NCBI RefSeq assembly: GCF_001194135.2 | Contig: NC_068987.1 | Location: 55,340,743 to 55,404,742 of the forward strand | Origin: Octopus bimaculoides | Lineage: Eukaryota | Direction: 5' to 3' | DNA: 64,000 nucleotides | Shown here: positions 61,010 to 64,000 of the stretch, piece after piece | How positions within the stretch are numbered: the stretch's first letter is position 1 | Layout of the letters: each line of letters begins with the position of its first letter | The notes under the pieces: generated by a model | Told to the model about the DNA's origin: nothing | What the model saw: only the letters and a program-made list of their open reading frames with translations | Database searches by the model: none | Position numbers and translations under genes: made by a program

Positions 61010-61870
61010 ATATTGACCCTAGTATTTGATTAGTATTTAGTTATATTGATCCTATAGGGATGAAAGGTAAAGTTTATGTCTGCTGGATTTCAACTCAGAG
61101 CATAAAAATCTGGAACAAATGCCATAAGGCATTATCTTCTGATGGTCTAATGATTCTACCAGCCTGTGGTTGTAATAATAATTCTTTTTATTATAGGTAC
61201 AGGGCCTGGAATTTTAGTGGTAGGGGAACCAGTTGATTATGTTGACTCCAGTGCTTAACTGCTACTTATTTCATTGACCCTGGAATTTGAACTTTAGAAT
61301 GTAAAGAATCAGAAAAGAATGTCACTAAGCATTTTGTCTGACATGCTAGCAATCCAGCCAGCCTGCCACATTGATAATTGTAATCATACATAAATAATGA
61401 TTATTTCTTTAATAGTAGCAATAACAACAACAATAGACCTGAAAGATGTTCATTACACAAAGTACTAAAATATATATATAAAAAAAAGATCGATAATTTT
61501 AAACTGAATGCTTGCAATTGAATTTGTAATGCAGGTTGAAGAAATGGTCTGGTGTTTTGTTCACTTGTTTATTGCATTTATAAATGGTTGTGAATAACGT
61601 TGAACTTTATTATTACTATTTGCCTTTTGCCTTTTGGGGTCGATAAATTAAGTACGAGTGAAACTCTGGGGTTGATGTAATCGCCTAGCCCCCTCCCCCA
61701 AAATTGCAGGCCTTGTCCCTATAGTGGAAAAGATTGTTATTATTAGTATTATTAAGGTTGTGAGCTGGCAGAATTGTTAGCACATTGGACAAAAATGCTT
61801 AGAGGCATTTCTTTTGATTCCTTACATTCTGAGTTCAAATTCTGCAGAGGTCGACTTTGCCTTTCGGCCT
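61010..61870. mobile_element. Cluster of four SINE family C fragments (two -, two +)
   Basis: 61010-61170(-), 61190-61370(-), 61615-61735(+), 61754-61870(+). Confidence 0.7.
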
Positions 61871-63521
61871 GGTGTTCAGAACCTAAATTAGTATGAAATT
61901 CTAACTGAAAGTTTTAATCAAAATAATTTTAAGACATTTGAATTTGTATCAGAATCAGAGTCAGTCTCAGGTAAGTTGATCTTCAAGGGGTTAACAATTA
62001 TAAAAAAAAAAAAAAAAATTTGAGAAATGTTGCTGAAGGCAACAATGTCTACCATGTATCACATTATTCATCGAAAAACAGATTTGATATTTCCTGTTTC
62101 TCCAATACTTCTTTAGTATCCCTTATGGAAATGTTCATATCCAGCACTAAAAAATTAAGAGAATCCGAAAAACTCTCATCTGTAAAAAGTGTCACTGGGG
62201 ATGTTTGCACTTCTTGCAGCATAAAGTTGTTTTTTTTTGAAGCTATGGGGTTAAAACATTTTCCACAGTTACTGGTAACAAAATTTTGAGTTATATCTGC
62301 TTTCCATGTTCAAAGAGTTAATGATTATATTGTAAATCCAAGTTTGAGAAGAAATTTAGATTTCTTGCTGTAAATGTTTATAGATATGAATGTAATTTTG
62401 TCATTCTGAGATCCTTAAGAGCAAAATCTTCTATGGTCTCTCTAGCAGATAAATCTCCCTCAAATCTCTCTCCGATCTTAAAAAGGGATATATTGGATAA
62501 TGTAGTCGTTTGAATGGTCATCTTTGGAATGGTTTTCATCATCTTTTTGCTTGATCAAGGCTAAATCTGGAGCTAGATAACTACCACCATCCTGCAGTAA
62601 AACTGAGTTGTGTCTATATAAGAAACCAAGAAAAGCGAAAATTAAAATGTTTTTCCTAAGTGTAAAACTGCAAGTAGCAGCAAGTTGACCATCTCAAAAA
62701 CTTGGACAAATGAAATGTGCGACAAAGCATAAGAAGATGCAGTTGTCTAAATTCTCTGCCTTTTCATGTTATCTTACAACCTATTTCTTAATCACCATCA
62801 TCATCATATGTCCGCCTTCCATGCTGGCACGGAGTGTGGAAAATATGTTATCCATAAACTAGCATGTTTGCACTAATTTTTATGTATTGTTTCTTTGTGC
62901 CTTTTACTACTGTTTTGTCCATGCTAGTATGGCTTAGATGAGTATTTTATTAAGGCAGTTGATGAATATATAAGCGAAGTATTGTTTTACAGCTGGATGC
63001 CCTTCTTGTTGCCAACTGTTATCTGTTTTCCAAGTAAGCGGTCTCTTACTTCACACGTCTTTGAAGGTGCAAAGCAAATGGATGATTTGTTGACAGGAAG
63101 TGGACAACAACACCTGTCATAATGAACAACTTACGTAGAACACAAACATAAACAACCCCTCTCCCCACTCTCAAAGTTGTACTTTATTTTAAAGATATTT
63201 CAACACTAGTTGTGAAATCAAACACCTGTTGTAAATGTAGTGTGAAATCACTTTCTTTAGGTTCAATCATTTACTGCCACAGTATGCTATCAAATCTTGC
63301 CCGGACCCACATCCTACCATCTTAGAGAAGGATACCATGAGCAAGGTTTTCTCTGTTTTAGGTGTGTGTGTGTGTGTGTGTATAGTTATGGTATATTCTG
63401 TTAAGAACATAGTCGAGTACAGTAAAAAGCTCATTCACCTTCTGATTTACCCTGTGTTATCCAATGGTAGTATTATACGTACATCCAAGTTTGCGTTTGG
63501 TCATCTGTCACGTGTGAATAG

Positions 63522-63732
63522 GTAATTGAATAAATTGGAGTCAACAAGAAGGGGTACGGACGGACATTTATGTTTTAATCACTACAATTGTTGCGATTCA
63601 ATGTAGTTTTTCAGGTGTGCATAATCAAGTACCTGCACACCTGGAAAACTCTGTTGTGTTAAAACAATTGTAGTGATTAAGAAATAAATGTCCAATCATA
63701 CCCCTTCTTGTTGACTCCAATTTATTCAATTA

Positions 63733-63733
<1 letters not shown>
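63522..63733. repeat. 212-bp palindrome / foldback MITE
   Basis: GTAATTGAATAAATTGGAGTCAACAAGAAGGGGT... and ...ACCCCTTCTTGTTGACTCCAATTTATTCAATTAC arms of ~100 bp around a ~10-nt loop. Confidence 0.88.

Positions 63734-63734
<1 letters not shown>

Positions 63735-63784
<50 letters not shown>
63735..63784. repeat. (CA)n microsatellite
   Basis: Pure CA run directly after the palindrome. Confidence 0.95.
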
Positions 63785-63788
<4 letters not shown>

Positions 63789-64000
63789 AGCGATGGTCAC
63801 TGATAGAGCTCTCTTGTTCTTAGGTTTGCTCACTCAGAGCTGAACTTGGGGTAAGCAAAGGTTATTCTTTAAAATTTTTGCATTGATTCAACAACCGCAA
63901 TTAATATTGTTTTCAAAATTCGGCACAAGATCAACAATTTCGGGGGATGGGGCTTGTCGATTACAGAGGCCCTTAGTTTTAGTGACCTCTAAAGGATGAC

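Noticed and set aside
1-64000. CRISPR array, rRNA, prokaryotic operons or defence systems
   Set aside because: No regularly spaced repeat-spacer array, no rRNA similarity, no gene-dense coding DNA; the sequence is eukaryotic and repeat-dominated.

Overview
AT-rich (CA/TA/GA-microsatellite-rich), gap-containing eukaryotic DNA. The repeat content (tRNA-derived SINEs, RTE-BovB-type LINE pieces, Tc1/mariner fossils) is what I recognise from octopus/coleoid cephalopod genomes; the species assignment is inference. No intact protein-coding gene, rRNA, true tRNA or CRISPR array is supportable: the long ORFs in the track are N-gap or microsatellite artefacts or transposon fossils. The window is a mosaic of at least four tRNA-derived SINE families; LINE fossils (RTE, CR1-like, R4/Dong-like, CRE-like); DNA transposons (Hsmar-like mariner, DD37D/maT-like derivatives, a Merlin derivative with a 9-bp TSD, piggyBac-like and hAT/Charlie-like MITEs); a telomere-repeat-carrying foldback element; and several long palindromes. 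CpG-retaining islands (about 11-14, 31.6-38.6 and 50.4-54 kb) alternate with CpG-depleted tracts, suggesting promoters and large introns of an unidentified host gene. The most interesting signal is a set of type-I hammerhead ribozyme (HHR) motifs found by eye: 6575-6648(-), 11490-11579(+), 21064-21152(-), 40591-40635(-) with a decayed inverted twin, 43581-43612(-) inside a tRNA-headed element, and 58521-58634(+). They include a U3-A8 compensatory core variant and unusually long helix II variants. All folds were done by eye and none is experimentally tested. Boundaries of old repeats are approximate.
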